A stretch of 64,000 nt of DNA from the human T2T-CHM13v2.0 reference genome, Homo sapiens (GCF_009914755.1 NC_060937.1), one strand, 5' to 3'; numbered from the stretch's first letter, positions 1-16,659 are shown. Numbers and translations: made by a program. Notes: generated by a model from the letters alone, not told the origin.

Positions 1-2642
1 TTGTTACTCCTTAGATTTTGTTACTCATTATTGGTCTGTTTGGGTTTTCCATTTCTTCATGGGTCAAACTTGATGGATTATATGTATTAATATCAGGACT
101 TTATCCGTTTCCTCTAGGTTGTCTAATCTGTTGGCATGTTATTGCTCATATTAATATCTAACGATTTGTTGTATTTCTGTAGTTTCAGTGGCAATGTTTC
201 CTTTTTCATCTCTGGTTTTATTTACTTGAATCCTCTTTCTTCTGTGGTTAGTCAAGCTAAATATTTGTCAATTTTGTATTTTAAAAAACTTTTTCTTTTG
301 TCAATCTTCTGTATTTTTTTAGTCTCAATTTTATTTACTTATGCCCTAATCTCTATTATTTACTTCCTTCTACCAATTTCGATTTGCTTTGTTCTTGATT
401 TTCTAGTTCCTCTAGGTACATTGTTGGGTTCTTTATTTGAAGTCTTTCTATTTTTTTGATGTAAGCATTTATTGCTATAAACTTCCCTCTTAGTACCATT
501 TTTGCTGTATCCCATAGGTTCTGGAATGTAGTGTTTCCTTGGTTTCAAGAAAATTTTAAAATTTCTTCTTCTTTTATTTATTGACTTCATTGGTCGTTCA
601 GGAGCATGTTATTTTCTTTTAATGTATTTGGACAGTTTTCAAAATTCATTATGTTATTGATTCTTAGTTTTATTCTGTTGTGGTTGGAAAATATATGAAA
701 TAGATTTTGACTTTTCTGAATTTTTTGAGACTTGTTTTGTGGCCCTGCATATGATCTTTCCTGGAGAATGTTTCATGTGTTGATAAGAAAAATATTCTGT
801 AGCCATTGAATGACTTGTTCTCTAAATGTTTGTTAGGTCAGTTTGAGAGTATAGTTTAATTGTAATTTTTCTTGTTGATTTTCTGCTTGGATGATCTGTC
901 CATTGCTGAAAGTGAGTGTTGAAGTCTCATGTTATTATTGTATTGCAGTGTATCTCTCCCTTTAGATCTATTAACATACACTTTATATGTCTGGGTGCTC
1001 TGGTGTTGGGTGCACATATATTTATTATTGTTAAAACATTTTGCTGAGTTGACTCCTTTATCATTATATAATGACTATTTGTGTCTCTTTTTACAGTTTT
1101 GACTCAAAGTTCACTTTATCTGATATGAGTGTAGCTACTTTTGTCCCTTTTTGGATTTCCATTAGTGTGGAATGCCTTTTTCCATTCCTTCACTTTCAGT
1201 CTATGTGTTTATTCATAGATGAAGTGAGTTTTGTGTAGGCATCACATAGTTGGGTCCTGTTTTTTAATCTATTTGCTACTCTATGTCTTTTAATTGGAGA
1301 ATTTAGTCCAATTACATTCAATATTATTATTAACAGGTAAGGACTTACTACTGCCTATTCGTTACTTATTTTCCTTATGTTTTGTAACTCCTCTCTTCCT
1401 TTCTTCCAGTCTTCCTTTTTGGTTAAGTGACTTTCCTTTGTAGTATATGTTTAAATTTGTTGTTTTTTACTTTTACATTATCTGTTATAGGTTTTTGCTT
1501 TGTGGTTATCATAACCTTACAAAAAACATTCTATAGTTATAATAAGTATTTAATACTGATACCAACTTAACTTTGATTGCAAGAAGAAAATAAAGAAACC
1601 TCAAAATGCAAACCTGTACACACTAACTTCATTCTCCCACGTTTTGAATTTTCATTGTCACAATTTACATTTTTTATACTGCCCACCTCTTAAGTTGTAG
1701 TTATTATTTTTAATAGCTTTGTATTTGAGTCTTCTTAGACTAAAGATATAAGCAATCTAAACATCATGAGTATAGTATTACCATAACAATCATGTTAGGA
1801 TCCTTTTGTTTCATTTTTAATAACTCCCTTTAGCATATCTTGTTGGACAGGCCTGGTAGCTATAAATTCCCTCAGCTTTTGTTCATCTGGAAAAGTCTTT
1901 GTTAGTCCATTTTTAAAGGCTAGCTTTGCGGTGTACAGTATTTTTGGTTGACAATTTGTTTTCTTTTTTTTCTTTTAGCACTCTGAATATATTGTTCCAC
2001 TCTCTCCTGGTCTGTAGGGTTTCTGCTGAGAAATCTGTGTCCAGTCATAGCAGATCTCCCTTATATGTTATTTGTTTATTTTCTCTCACTGCTTTCAGGA
2101 TCCTCTCTTTGACTTTTGTGGGTTTAATTATGTCTTAGGGTATTCTTATTTGGGTTGAATTTGATTGGTGACATTTGACCTTCCTGTACCTGGATATTTA
2201 TTCTCCTTCAGATTTAGAAAGTTTTCTGTTATTATTTCTTTGAATAAACTTTCTACCCCTTTTCTTCTTTGGTTCCTTCTTTAACTCCAAGAACCCAAAT
2301 ATTTGCCCTCTTGATATTGTCCCATAGATCCTGTAAGCTTTGTTCTTTCCTTTTTATTTTTCTTCTCCTCTGACTGTGTATTTTTAAATACTCTGTCTTC
2401 TACCTCACTGATTTTTTTGTTTGATCAATTCTGCTTTGATGCTTTCTATTGCATTTTTAAATTTCATGCATTGCATTTTTCAGCTTCAGAATTTTTCAAA
2501 AAACATTTTATCTCTCTGTTAATTTTTGTGATAAATTTCTGAATTGAATCTTTGTGTGTTCTTGAAGTTTGCTGAGCTTCCTTAATACAGCTATTTTTTT
2601 GAGTTCTTTGTCTGAGAGATCCCACATTTTTATCTTTATCAT

Positions 2643-2934
2643 TTTCTTTTTTGAGGCAGGGCTTTACTCTCTCACTCGGGATGAAATGCTATAGCTTGAT
2701 CTCAGCTCACTGTGGCCTTGAACTCCCAGGCTCAGGCAATCCTCCTGACTCAACTTCCCAAGTAGCTGGGACCACAACACATGCCAGCACACCCAACTAA
2801 TTTTTTTAATTATCTGTAGAGATGAGGTTTCATTATGTTGCCCACGCTGGTCTCAAACTCCTAGGCTCAAGCAATTCTCCTGTTTTGGCCTCCCAAAGTG
2901 CTGATATTACAGGTGTGAGCCACCACACCTGGCC
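2643..2934 (-). mobile_element. AluJ inserted in L1 ORF1
   Basis: Antisense Alu with J-type features (ggctcaggcaatcctcctg, ctaggctcaagc); strongly diverged. Confidence 0.9.
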
Positions 2935-3299
2935 TTCTGGCACCTTATTTTGTCTGTTTGGTGAGGTCATATTTCCCTGAATGTTCTTCATGCTTGTGAA
3001 AGTCTGCACATTGAGGGATCCGTTATTTATTTTAGTCTTTGTAATCTAGCTTTGTTTCTGTCTGCCCTTCTTCAGAGGGCCTTCAAGGGACTGTTGGGCA
3101 ACTGACTGTTTTGTTCCCTGAGCCTTTGACCACTGCAGCTGTCTCAGCACTAGAGATATTCTAAGTCCAGGCTTGTTGCAAATCTCACAGGGGCTCCAAG
3201 ATTGATGTAGCTTTCTGGCCCACGTGGACCTGACAAAGACCCAGAGAAGTACTGGAGCTGTATGGGAGTGCTGGTCAGGGACCTGAGTCCAGAAGACTG

Positions 3300-4130
3300 T
3301 CCTGGTGACCTAGACATGTGTCCCTCCCAGCAGGTCTCGGCAGAGAGAAAATGGGTCCCTTACTGCAGTGAAAAGGACTGGAGTTGAGACTGGGCCACTT
3401 TGATATCTGCTGTTAGACAGAGGCTAGAGAGCCTTGTTTTGTCTCAGAGGGGTATGCATCACCCAGCAAGTTCTCTCAAACATAGGATAGTTCCCCAGCT
3501 GCAGCAGAAGTGGCCAGAGCTGAGACTATACCACTTCAGGATCTCTTCTGGATGGAGGATGGCATGCTTGTTACATTGGCTTAGATAAAGATGCATCTTC
3601 CAACAGTTCTCTGAACATATGGTATAATTCCCTGATTTCATCAGAAGGGGCTGAAGCTGAACTGGGCCCCTCAAGATTTCCTGTGAAACAGAGGCTGGAA
3701 AATCTCTTTTTTGCCCATACAGGTACATGTTTTCCAGCAGGTCTCAGCACAGATAAGATTATTCCCCAACTTCAGTGAGAATGGCAAGAGCTGAGACTGG
3801 GCCCCTTCAAGATCTGCTATGAGACTGAGGCCAGAGAGCCCAGTCTTGTTGTTCCAGAGGGGCACCTGTCTCCTACCAGGATGCTGCACAGACAGAATAG
3901 TTACCTGACTGCAGCAAGAAGGGCCAGAGCTGAGACTGGGCCCTCACGATCTTCTGTAGGACAGAGACTGGAGAGCCCATGTCATTGGTGCAGGTAGTTA
4001 CATATCTCCCAGCAGATCTCAGCACAGATGGGATAGTTCCCTCACTGCAGTGAGAGGGGCTGGAGCTGACACTGGGTCCCCTTGAGATCTACTGTGGGTT
4101 AGAGGTTGGTGAGCCCATCAGGGAGACTCA
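3300..4130 (-). repeat. Diverged tandem array (~137-bp unit, ~6 copies) inside the L1 5'UTR
   Basis: Motif gagctgagactgggcccc..gatct recurs at ~3381, 3517, 3653, 3788, 3927 and 4063. Confidence 0.85.
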
Positions 4131-4617
4131 AACCCTGAGGCAGGGATATATAGGTGATATAGGATTTACGACTCCCTCTGGGTCCTCTTGTAGCTCTGAG
4201 CTGGGACCTCAGCTGGGGAAGCCTGGGGCAGCCCCTCAGGACAACTTTCAGGTTCACTGCTGAGACTGATGTCAGTCTGCCAACCAACAATTCTTTCCAC
4301 CAAGGCATTAGTGTGCATGATTTCTTCTGGATGCCTGGGAAGATGGTTTTGGTTGTAGACTCAAGGCTAAATGAAGCTATAACCAAGCCCCTTGGGAGAC
4401 TAGGCTATTTATGGGCTTGAACCCAGAAACAAGTGTGCCAGGGTAGATCTGCCAACTAGATGTCAGTCTGTAGTCTCAAAACAACTCTCCTAGGTCTTGG
4501 GCTCCACTGTGATTTCACAAACTCCTACCTACATCCTGAGGCTCCCATAGAGAGACTTTTGACTGTGGATGGGTATACAGTTCTTCATATTCTGGGGGCG
4601 ATAAATGGATTATCTTC

Positions 4618-4912
4618 TTTTTTTTTTTTTTTGAAACGGGGACTAGCTCTGTCACCCAGGTTGGAGTGCAGTGGTGTGATCTCAGCTCACTGCAACCTTC
4701 GCCTCCTGGGTTCAAGTGATTCTCCGGCCTCAGCCTCCTGAGTAGCTGAGATTACAGGTATGCCACCACTCCCAGCTATTTTTTGTATTTTTAGAAGAGA
4801 TGGGATTTCACCATGTTGGCCAGACTGGTGTCAAACTCCTGATCTCAAGTGACCCGCCTGCCTTGGCCTCCCAAACTGCTGGGATTACAAGCATGAGACA
4901 CTGCGCCCAGCC
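4618..4912 (-). mobile_element. AluS
   Basis: Poly-T followed by a full antisense Alu dimer; inserted ~40 bp from the L1 5' end. Confidence 0.95.
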
Positions 4913-7609
4913 ATGGTTTACTTTCTATTTTACCATCTTGGTGATCTCACTCTGGAAAAATTAATTTTTTAATGAAGGAACTCCTTAATCATACCTTGGA
5001 GAAGAGTATATATCACAGCATGACAAGATCTACAACTTAGTATAGGACAGAAAAAAAAATTATGTATTTATATTTTTCTAGAAGCTGCTAATAGTTAAAT
5101 GATCCATTTTAGCACTGGTTTGATTAAATAAAGAAACTAGAAGACAGAAAAACTCTATAATGTTGTTTCTGTGTTTTTATATTGTCCTTTTATTTTCAGA
5201 CAATGGAGACCATAAAAGTGAACACTATATCTAATAAATCAAGGAAATGAAAATACAGCTGGGTGCATGAATGAAAAAGGTGTTAATGATGTTTACATAT
5301 TATTCCACTTTACAATGTAACAGAAAGCTTGCTGGCTATACACATTAGATCTAGAAAGTCCTGCAAGTTCCTCTGGGGAAAAGTTGCTGTGAACCACACA
5401 AAGCAGAATTTTCTTCTGACATCAGGTATATTATATGGTCACAAGATATATAAAAAGAGCAAAAAATAAAAATGCAAATATTCTGATGAATAACTTTCAC
5501 ATAGGTCCAGAAGATTGCTTAATGCAAAATTGTGTTTGGAAAATATGGAGGATTGTTAAGTCTATTCTTTCTCCCTTCTCTAAAAATCAGTGTGCTTGTT
5601 TTGCAAACTATAATCTTTATAGGTAATTATGAGGACTTGAATTTATTTTTGGTTCTAACTGCTGAGAAATATTACTGGGATTTAAGTTCTAAATCTTTTA
5701 ACTATTTAAAAACACTAATTTAGTTTAATAAACATTTAATCTATTTAGAACCTATCTTGTTTAATGGCAAAATATTCATTGCATTTTGGTTTTAGTGTTA
5801 CCATTTTGGGATCTGTCATCCCTTGGTGCCACGGTTCCTTCCTCTGAGATGCTAATTTGTGTGTCAGAGAAAACTGGAGTTGTATATCTCCAGGTACAAA
5901 AAGAGATGTTGTTATTGTCCTTTCAGCCTCTTTGGCTTCATTTTTTGTTATTCTTGGAACAAGCCATCAAAAATTAATGTTGAGAGATGACAAGTATCTT
6001 GGCTATTCAAGTCAGTAGCAAAAATAATAATTTTTTATGGACTTCGTACTTCCGTAAGTGTGAATTATTCATGAAGTGCCAGTTTCGGTAGAAGTCAGCT
6101 CAATGATAGATTTGAGCCAGCAGCAGAAAGTGTGCTAAGGAAAATTGCAATATACTAGAGCCTTAAAATTTAGTCAAGCAGTTAAAAAAAGAGTATCTGC
6201 TAGAATTCAAATTCTTAAAGTGTGCAAGTTAAAATTTCAATGAGAACAATATTTTCTAATCTGGAATTTACCCTTCACATTAAATTATTAAAGACAGTGG
6301 CCTTTAGGATCTGCCAAGAAAAAAGAATGGCATTTTGCCTGAGAATTAGTTAACTTTTATTTTCCCTGTCCTAAGCAGGGAGTCAGACAGAAATCAGAGA
6401 GTAATCACCCACTCAGCCCCTCCAAGATGTGCATTTAACCACACTCTTAGAAAACAGTCCACAGTTGGTGTGTTCATTTGCTTCAGAGAACAAAGAGGTG
6501 ACAACCACACATGCTGTCCTCTAGGGGATCCTCTCCACCTAGTGTACCCTTATTTGTCTCAAAGTAGCAAACTTCCTACATAAGCCTGACTTTGCCTTTG
6601 TCTCAAGCCTCTGAAAGAAAAGGACATCAATGACATTGGGTCCGAGAAAGGGGGCTTCCATTTAAAGTCACACAACTTGTTTATTTTTTCCAAGTCAGGT
6701 TTTAGAGATAGGTTGAATATCTGGTCTGACTCAAGCAAATGATCTTTCAGCAGTCCAGAATTAAAATGATCAGAAACTAGTGGAAAAGGAATTCAATAAG
6801 ACAGTTAGTTCTAAGCAAGGCTTATTGAATGGTGAAAATGAGAAAGTGTAATCAGAAGCACAAAAGGAAAATTCAGGCAGATGAAAGAGAGGGAACTAGT
6901 GGGAGGAAGTCAGTTACAGGTTTTCAGTTCTGGAACCACAATTGATGGATGTGAAGAAACAGCCTGGAAAAACCTGCATGGTTTAACAAATGGGCTGGGA
7001 GTGGGGATTGTCGTAAAACATTTCAAAATACAGGAATGTCCTGCTTAAATGCGTTGTGAAAGCCAAATTCAACTCATTGAGCTGGCATCTCTTTTGTCAG
7101 TGTCCCTTATCTTAGTGTTTATTTTCCCTTATTATTTTTGGGATAATTGCTTTGAAATGAGATTTTCCAAATTGTCACATTATGACCTTCCTAGTCATGC
7201 TTGAGGACAAATCTCAAAGAAAAGTGAAAATAGATAAGTTATTCTAATGCCTAGTTTATCTTTCATTTTATTTATATCCCTTTCTGGAAATAAAAATATG
7301 TGGCTCAACCAAGGGACTTGGCTTTTATTTTGTGTGTACACATCAAAGAAGTTAAAGACATGTTGGGCATCACTAGAAAAGTAATATAAATTAAACATGT
7401 TTCCATTTATGTGAAAAAACATGACTCTATATACTTGCATGTCAGGCAAGATCCAGGAAAGGCCCAAAAAAGGACACTTATAGCAAGAGACAGGAGAGAA
7501 AGCCATATGGCCATAAACCAAACCTAAACATTCTGGCATAGCTGTATGAAGGATGTGATTTGAGGAGTAGGGACATTCTTACTGCTGAAGTTTACATCCA
7601 GGAGGACCA

Positions 7610-8500
7610 CCTCACTAGAGCCCAGTCCCTTAGCATGGCCTTCCAGATCCTTTGTCATTTGGCTTCTACTTTCCCCTCCAGCCTCAACTTCTAACCTATT
7701 GTCCCCTCCCTCTTCCCACCATTTCTAAGTTCTAGCTATCCTTTACTTCTTTCAGTGCTCCAAAGGTGCTATGACCCTCCTCCGCAGGATTTTGATAATA
7801 TTATCTCTATCCAGCCTCAGTTAGTTGCCATTTCCTCTAGGATACTATCCCCCTAATCATTATAAGGCATCCTTTAAAATAGACCTAACTTGAGGTGTTT
7901 TCTTAGCCCACGTGGGTGCAAAGCTGAAAGAGGCCAGTCTGCTTCTTTCCTGGGAATTTGGTTTGGAAACTAAAATAATAATCCATTTTAAGTTAGTATT
8001 AAAAATTGGAAGGGAGATAAACTCAGTTGGAGTGCCATTGTGGAGCATGGAGAATTAATAATCATAAACCTGAAAACCAGGCTAAAGAGAATGAAAAAAA
8101 AATGCCCAGAATGAAGAAAATGTGCAAGATCATGTATCCTCAGGAAGATAAATAACAAAAACCAGACGCCATACCTCCTTACAGCTCCACTTCCTAATCT
8201 CTGGGTTTTGTGAGAATTACCTGTAGCCATGTGTTAAATTACCAATTTCTGCTACTGTTAGTGGATTTCTGTTGCTTGCATCCAAATGATTCCTGACTAA
8301 GACATTGCTGTATATGTTTATAGCACCTGTCCTTCCTCAAGCATCACACTTTCCATTGCCTTGCAGTTACTTACTTATTGAACAGAATTCTTATCTGGGC
8401 TGTGCCTCCATTAGGACAAAAACTATATGTATTAGGTCACAACATGTAGAATGGTGCATTGAACATGTAAGAAAATAAATATTTATTGAATTAGTGAATG
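7610..8500 (+). mobile_element. L2 3' fragment, interrupted by an old MLT1 LTR
   Basis: L2-like cccttagcatggccttcc...cctccagcctca, and the L2 terminus aataaatatttattgaattagtgaatga at ~8474-8500. Confidence 0.65.
7870..8304 (+). mobile_element. Old MaLR solo LTR (MLT1J/K/L-like)
   Basis: 3' end ttctgttgcttgcatccaaatgattcctgactaagaca resembles the MLT1 terminus; 5' boundary uncertain. Confidence 0.55.
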
Positions 8501-8708
8501 ATTTCTTACAAAACTCCTTTTAATGCTACTTGGCTTGGGTGGATCATGGGACATTCTCTCCTCTGTGGCTGTCAAATGTTTCAGTTCATAACCATTGATT
8601 CTATACAGCTGTGCAATGTACAACAAAAGAAAAAAAATTCTTCAATTAGGAAGTATTGTCCTATTTTTAATGAATTTGTGTAATATCAACTAGTATCACA
8701 TTGGAGAC

Positions 8709-8915
8709 CTAGGAAGGCCTTCAGGGTCTTCTTCTTCTCCTTCTCCTTCTCCTCCTTCTCCTTCTCCTTCTCCTCCTTCTTCTTCTTCTTTCTTCCTCTC
8801 CTTCTTCCTCTTCTAAGAAAGCCTTCAGGGTCTTCTTCTTCTTCTTTCTTCCTCTTCTTCTTCCTCTTCTTTTTCCTCTTCTTCTCCTCCTCCTCCTCCT
8901 CCTTCTCCTTCTTCC
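8709..8915. repeat. CT-rich (CTT/CTC)n polypyrimidine tract in two ~104-bp units sharing a unique head
   Basis: cta(g/a)gaa(g/a)gccttcagggtcttcttc occurs at 8709 and 8813, each followed by pure C/T sequence. Confidence 0.92.
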
Positions 8916-9034
8916 CACTTTAAGGTAGTAAAAATAGAGAGCAGTTGTCAATACATAAATTGAGAACAAGAAGTTTTTGAAAGAAACTCTATTATTTTGT
9001 TTTGTAGCTGGACTTTGATTTCTTACTTGACTGA

Positions 9035-9448
<414 letters not shown>

Positions 9449-10389
9449 TAATTCTGAGCCCCAGGGAAGTTTTTGATCATACTCCCTTGAGTTGCTCTTA
9501 GATCGGGTTTAAAAAACGTCTTTAGGAGTTATAGATATCCATAATATAAAAATACATATATCTGATCTTAGGCTACTTGCTATCATCATTCAGGGCACCA
9601 ATTTATTCCATCCACAAATAACTTATTACTTATTGTATGTGCTTTGGGAGTCTTTTCAGGAGCAGGCCTAAAGTGGGTCTTGGTTTTGGGGATCAATCTA
9701 GAAACAGCATGCTTATAAGAAAACAATAGCAATACTCAGACATTCTTCTTGATTCCATTTAATCATAAAATTTCTGCAGTGAATACTTGCCTAAATATGA
9801 AACTGCAATACTGGCATTTATAATATAAAGAGATATCTCTCTGTCTAATCTAACCCAAATGACATTCTGAATTCTCTCTGTGTCACTCTAAACAATGTTA
9901 TGATCTAGGACTTTGTATATTCTTCCTGACTATTCAGTGGGGATTGTGAAAAATGCTGTTTTGTTAAAAAGAAGATGCTCATATATTCTAATATGTAATC
10001 AGTGATGAAGAAGAAAAAAATGAGTCTGTACTGTCTTACAACAAAAGTACTGACTAGGCTCACGAGAAAGGATCATAACTTACAAGTGGGTGACAAGTAA
10101 CAAAAAGCAGGGAGACAGGACTGGGCAGGGGCATAAGAACCATAAAATAATGGACGAAAGGAAGGTCATTGTCAGAAAATACCACCATAAAGGAATGAAG
10201 TCAATACATTTCCTTGACTGATTTTGATATAAAAAGCATGAGGTGGTTGGGAAAAGGGCTCTTGACTGAGCAACGGGTAGAAGCATAGCACATCAAGAAA
10301 GAGATAAAGATAAGTCTGTGGATTTAAGGTTTTTCATCTGCTAATGAAGAAGTTTGAATAGATAATCTCTTTTCTCTTTGCTTGTCTGT

Positions 10390-13237
<2,848 letters not shown>

Positions 13238-13563
13238 ACATTGCTGGTGGCTATGTAAAATGACACAGACACAGATACTCTGGAAAATGGTTTGGCAGTT
13301 TCCCCTTATAGAACTGAAAATGTCCTTGCTACATGACTCAGCAATAGCACTCCTGAGTATTTATCCTAGAGAAATAAAGAAACTTATGTTCACATAAAAC
13401 CATGTGCAAGAATATTCATAGCATCTTTATTCACACTAGCCCTAAACTGGAGAAAGCTGAAATGTTCTTCAATGGGTAAATGGATGAACAAATTGTTCTA
13501 CATCCATACCATGGCACACTACTGAACAACAACAAAAAAGAAACAAACTATGGATACATGCAA

Positions 13564-14152
13564 TGTGGTAGACAGAATAATGCTCCCACCTCCCCACAAA
13601 AGATGTATACTCTCTATCCCTATTACATGGCAAAAGGGTCTTTGCTGATTATTCTGGACTTTTCAGGTTGATTCAGTCTAAGCACAGAAACTCTTAAAAG
13701 CAAAAAATGTTCTGTGGCTAGAGTCGGGGAGAGATGCAGCAGAAGTTAGAGAGATCCCACTCATGAGACATACCCTATCTGCCATTGCTAGAGGTGCACC
13801 ACATTAAGTATAAAAAGGATGTAGACAAGCTCTAGGAACAAAGATTAGTTCCCAGCTGACTGCCAGCAAGGAAATGGGGACCTCTGTTCTACAGCTGCAA
13901 GACACTGAACTTGTCCAACGACCTGAATGAACATGGAAGTGGATTCATCCCAAGTCTCTATGAGGGAACACTGAGCTTGTTTTAGGCTTTATGAGATTCT
14001 AAGCAGAGGGCCCCATTGTGCCACACTGTTCCCAGACTTTTGACTTTGAGAACAATAAAAAAGAGAAGAAATGTGTGAGACAATAAATGTGTGTTGTTTT
14101 AAGTAGATAAATTTGTGGTGATTTGGAACAGTAACACTAAAAAACGAATATG
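13564..14152 (+). mobile_element. MaLR solo LTR (MLT1D/E-like)
   Basis: Starts tgtggtagacagaataatg; internal cagcaaggaaatggggacctc; ends ataaatgtgtgttgttttaag...aacgaata. Confidence 0.85.
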
Positions 14153-14427
14153 CACAACAACTTGGATGGATCCCAAGAGAAGAATGCGGAGTGAATAAAG
14201 CCAGACTCAAAGGGTTTCATCCTGAATGATTCCATTTATATAGTATTTTTGAAATGATAAAATTATAGAGATGGAAAACAGATTAATGGTTGCTAAAGTC
14301 TGGGGGGGAAAGAGAGGTGGTGGATTTGACTGTAAATGGGTAGCATGAAGGATCCTTGTGCTGATGGAATTATTGTGTAACTTGGCTAGCTACACAATCT
14401 ATCCTTGTGCTAAAATTGCATGGAGCT

Positions 14428-14807
14428 TGATATGGTTTGTCTGTGTGTCCCCACACAAATCTCATCTCGAATTGTAATCCCCACTTGTTGAAGGAGGGAC
14501 CTGTAATTCCTACTTTTTGAGGTAGCGAGGTGAGTGGATTATGAGGTTCCTTCCCCCATGCTGTTCTCATGATAGTGAGTGAGTTCTCATGAGATGTGGT
14601 GGTTTTATAAGGCAGTTTCCCCTGCTCTTGTTGGCTCTCTCTTGCCTGCCACAATGTAAGCCATGCCTGCTTCCCCTTCCACCATGATTGTAAGTTTCCT
14701 GAGGCCTCCCCTGCCATGTGGAACTGTGAGTCCATTAAACCTCTTTCCTTTATAAATTACCCAGTCTCAGGAAGTTATTTATAGCAGTGTGAGAATGTAC
14801 TAACACA
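14428..14807 (+). mobile_element. THE1/MST-type MaLR solo LTR
   Basis: tgatatggtttg...taacaca termini; perfect 5-bp TSD GAGCT (14423-14427 and 14808-14812). Confidence 0.95.
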
Positions 14808-15346
14808 GAGCTCAGTACATACACGTATACCCACATGGGTGCATATAAGTGGGTACAATCTGAATAATGTCAATATCACTGTCACTATCTCATTTGTGAT
14901 ATTGCACTATAGTTATGCAAGACATTACAATTGGGAGAAACTGGGATAAGGGTACAGGGACTTCTTTATTATTTCTTAGAACTAGATGTGAGCCTATAAT
15001 TATCTCTAAATAAAAAAGTTAATTTAACAAAGGCTTAATAGATATAAAAAACAGATTTTAAAGTAATATTTATTATTTTAAATTTATATATTTATGATAC
15101 AAAAAACCATTGTCCTCATTTAAACAATGGAACTAAATATGTCAGATCATCATCACCATGACCTCAAAATGAACTGAGGTGTAAGGTAAAGTTCACTCCA
15201 CTGTTTCTTGTTGTTCACTTGTGCTTGCATTACTACAACTGTCTTCCAGCCACAGTTTGCCTATAGGGATCTCTTTAAGACACTTCCCAATTTTATGACT
15301 GTCAGTTAAAACTAGATAATAGAATTCACAAATCTGCCTAACAGGA

Positions 15347-15847
15347 TATATCATTTTTCTATCACTGCTGTAACAAATTATAGCAGAGTTAGTGGCTTCA
15401 GATAATACAAATTTGTTATCTTACCATTCTAGAGGTCAGAAGCCCAAAATGGATATCATGGGACTAAACTCAAGGTGTCAGTAGGGCTGTGTTTTTCTGG
15501 AGGCTCTAGGGAGAATCTGTTTCCTTGCCTGTTCCAGTTTCCAGAGGCTTCCTGCATTCCTTGGCTTGTGGCCTCTTTCAAAGCCCCCTCCAAGAATCAT
15601 TACTCTGACTCTGCTTCAATCTCCACATCTCTTTCTTTGACTGTGACCCTCCTCCCTCCCTTGTTCTTTATAAAAAACACTGGTAGTTACATTGGGCTAC
15701 CTGGATAATCTCCCTGTATCAAGATCCTTTACTTAATCACATCTGCAGTATTCATTTTGCCATGTAAGGTAACATATTCACAGGTTCTGATGGTTAGGAC
15801 ATCTTTTGGGTGGGGCAGTGAGGGAAGCGTTATTCTGCTTGCCAACA
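15347..15847 (-). mobile_element. MaLR solo LTR (MLT1C/D-like)
   Basis: ctgctgtaacaaatta...ttctagaggtcagaag...aaggtaacatattcacaggttc...ttattctgcttgccaaca. Confidence 0.88.
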
Positions 15848-16253
15848 GTACATACATATACTGCAGCATGTTGCCATGTGCAGAATGTGTACAGATGTGT
15901 GAGGATACCACTGCCACTCTATTGTGTGGTACTATAATATTTCCGGTACACTGCTCTCAGGATATCTCAGGTACCAATTCCATGACCATTTCCTGTGCAC
16001 ACTTAGAAAGGCATCAGATTTAATTCATTTATTAAATATCAGTAGGGCTTAATGTCTTTTTGGAGTTTTTGTTTGTTTAAACACAATCACACATAGGAGT
16101 TCTAATATTCTCTTTCCATGCCTCAGTGTATTGCTTTTGTACCTCTTAAGTTGGGTGCCCCCAGTTGGAGGTCACTGCTGTAAACAACCAGTATTTAACA
16201 ACTTCTTACATCTGTATAGCAATGTACAATTTACAGACTGTTTTCAGAAAGAG

Positions 16254-16605
16254 TGTCTCGGTTCATTCAGATTGCTATAGCAAAAATACCATGGAATAGT
16301 ATAGTGGCTTAAACAACAAACATATATATTTCTCACAGTTCTGAAGGCTGGGAAGTCCAAGATCAAGGTGCCACTTCTTGGTTCATAGACCAGTATATTC
16401 TTGCTCTGTATTTACATGGTGGAATGAGGATGAGGGAGCTCTCCTGGATCCCTTTTATAAGGGTGCCAATCCCACTAGGAGAGCTCCACTCTCACGACCT
16501 AATTACTTCCCAAAGGCCCCATCTCCTAACACCATCGCCTTAGGGCTTAGGATTTCCACATATGAATTTGTCGGCGGGGAGGATAAAAACATTTAGTCCA
16601 TAGCA
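16254..16605 (-). mobile_element. MaLR solo LTR (MLT1A/MSTD-like)
   Basis: ttctcacagttctgaaggctgggaagtccaagatcaaggtgcc...tttagtccatagca; TSD aaga(g/t). Confidence 0.88.
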
Positions 16606-16659
16606 AAGATTGCTTTATCTTTTGGAATCCTTAATTCCACGCAAGCAACACTTGCATGC

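Larger units (their letters stand above)
1..4952 (-). mobile_element. Old LINE-1 (L1MA/L1M-type), 5' portion: 5'UTR, ORF1, inter-ORF region and ORF2 endonuclease region; continues beyond the window start
   Basis: Minus-strand translation near 1975-2040 gives TDFSAETLQTRREWNNIFRVLK (ORF1p C-terminal motif). The region near 1300-1330 matches the ORF2 start (ITLNVNGLN-like). The 5' terminus has the CAAGATGG YY1 motif (ccatcttg at 4933-4940). Many stops and frameshifts; two Alu insertions. Confidence 0.93.
13238..15020 (+). mobile_element. L1 3' end (older L1MC/L1MD-like), split by two LTRs
   Basis: ORF2 C-terminal-like acattgctggtgg...; 3'UTR motifs gattccatttatatag and attatctctaaataaaaaagtt. 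Confidence 0.8.

Noticed and set aside
3300-4130. Regularly spaced repeats resembling a CRISPR array
   Set aside because: The whole unit is homologous between copies (no unique spacers), it lies within an L1 5'UTR, there are no cas genes, and the context is primate.
5180-5430. Strong-looking splice acceptor (cttttattttcag|acaatgg) as a possible exon start
   Set aside because: No supported ORF or partner exons; such motifs are common in AT-rich DNA. A lncRNA exon cannot be excluded without RNA data.
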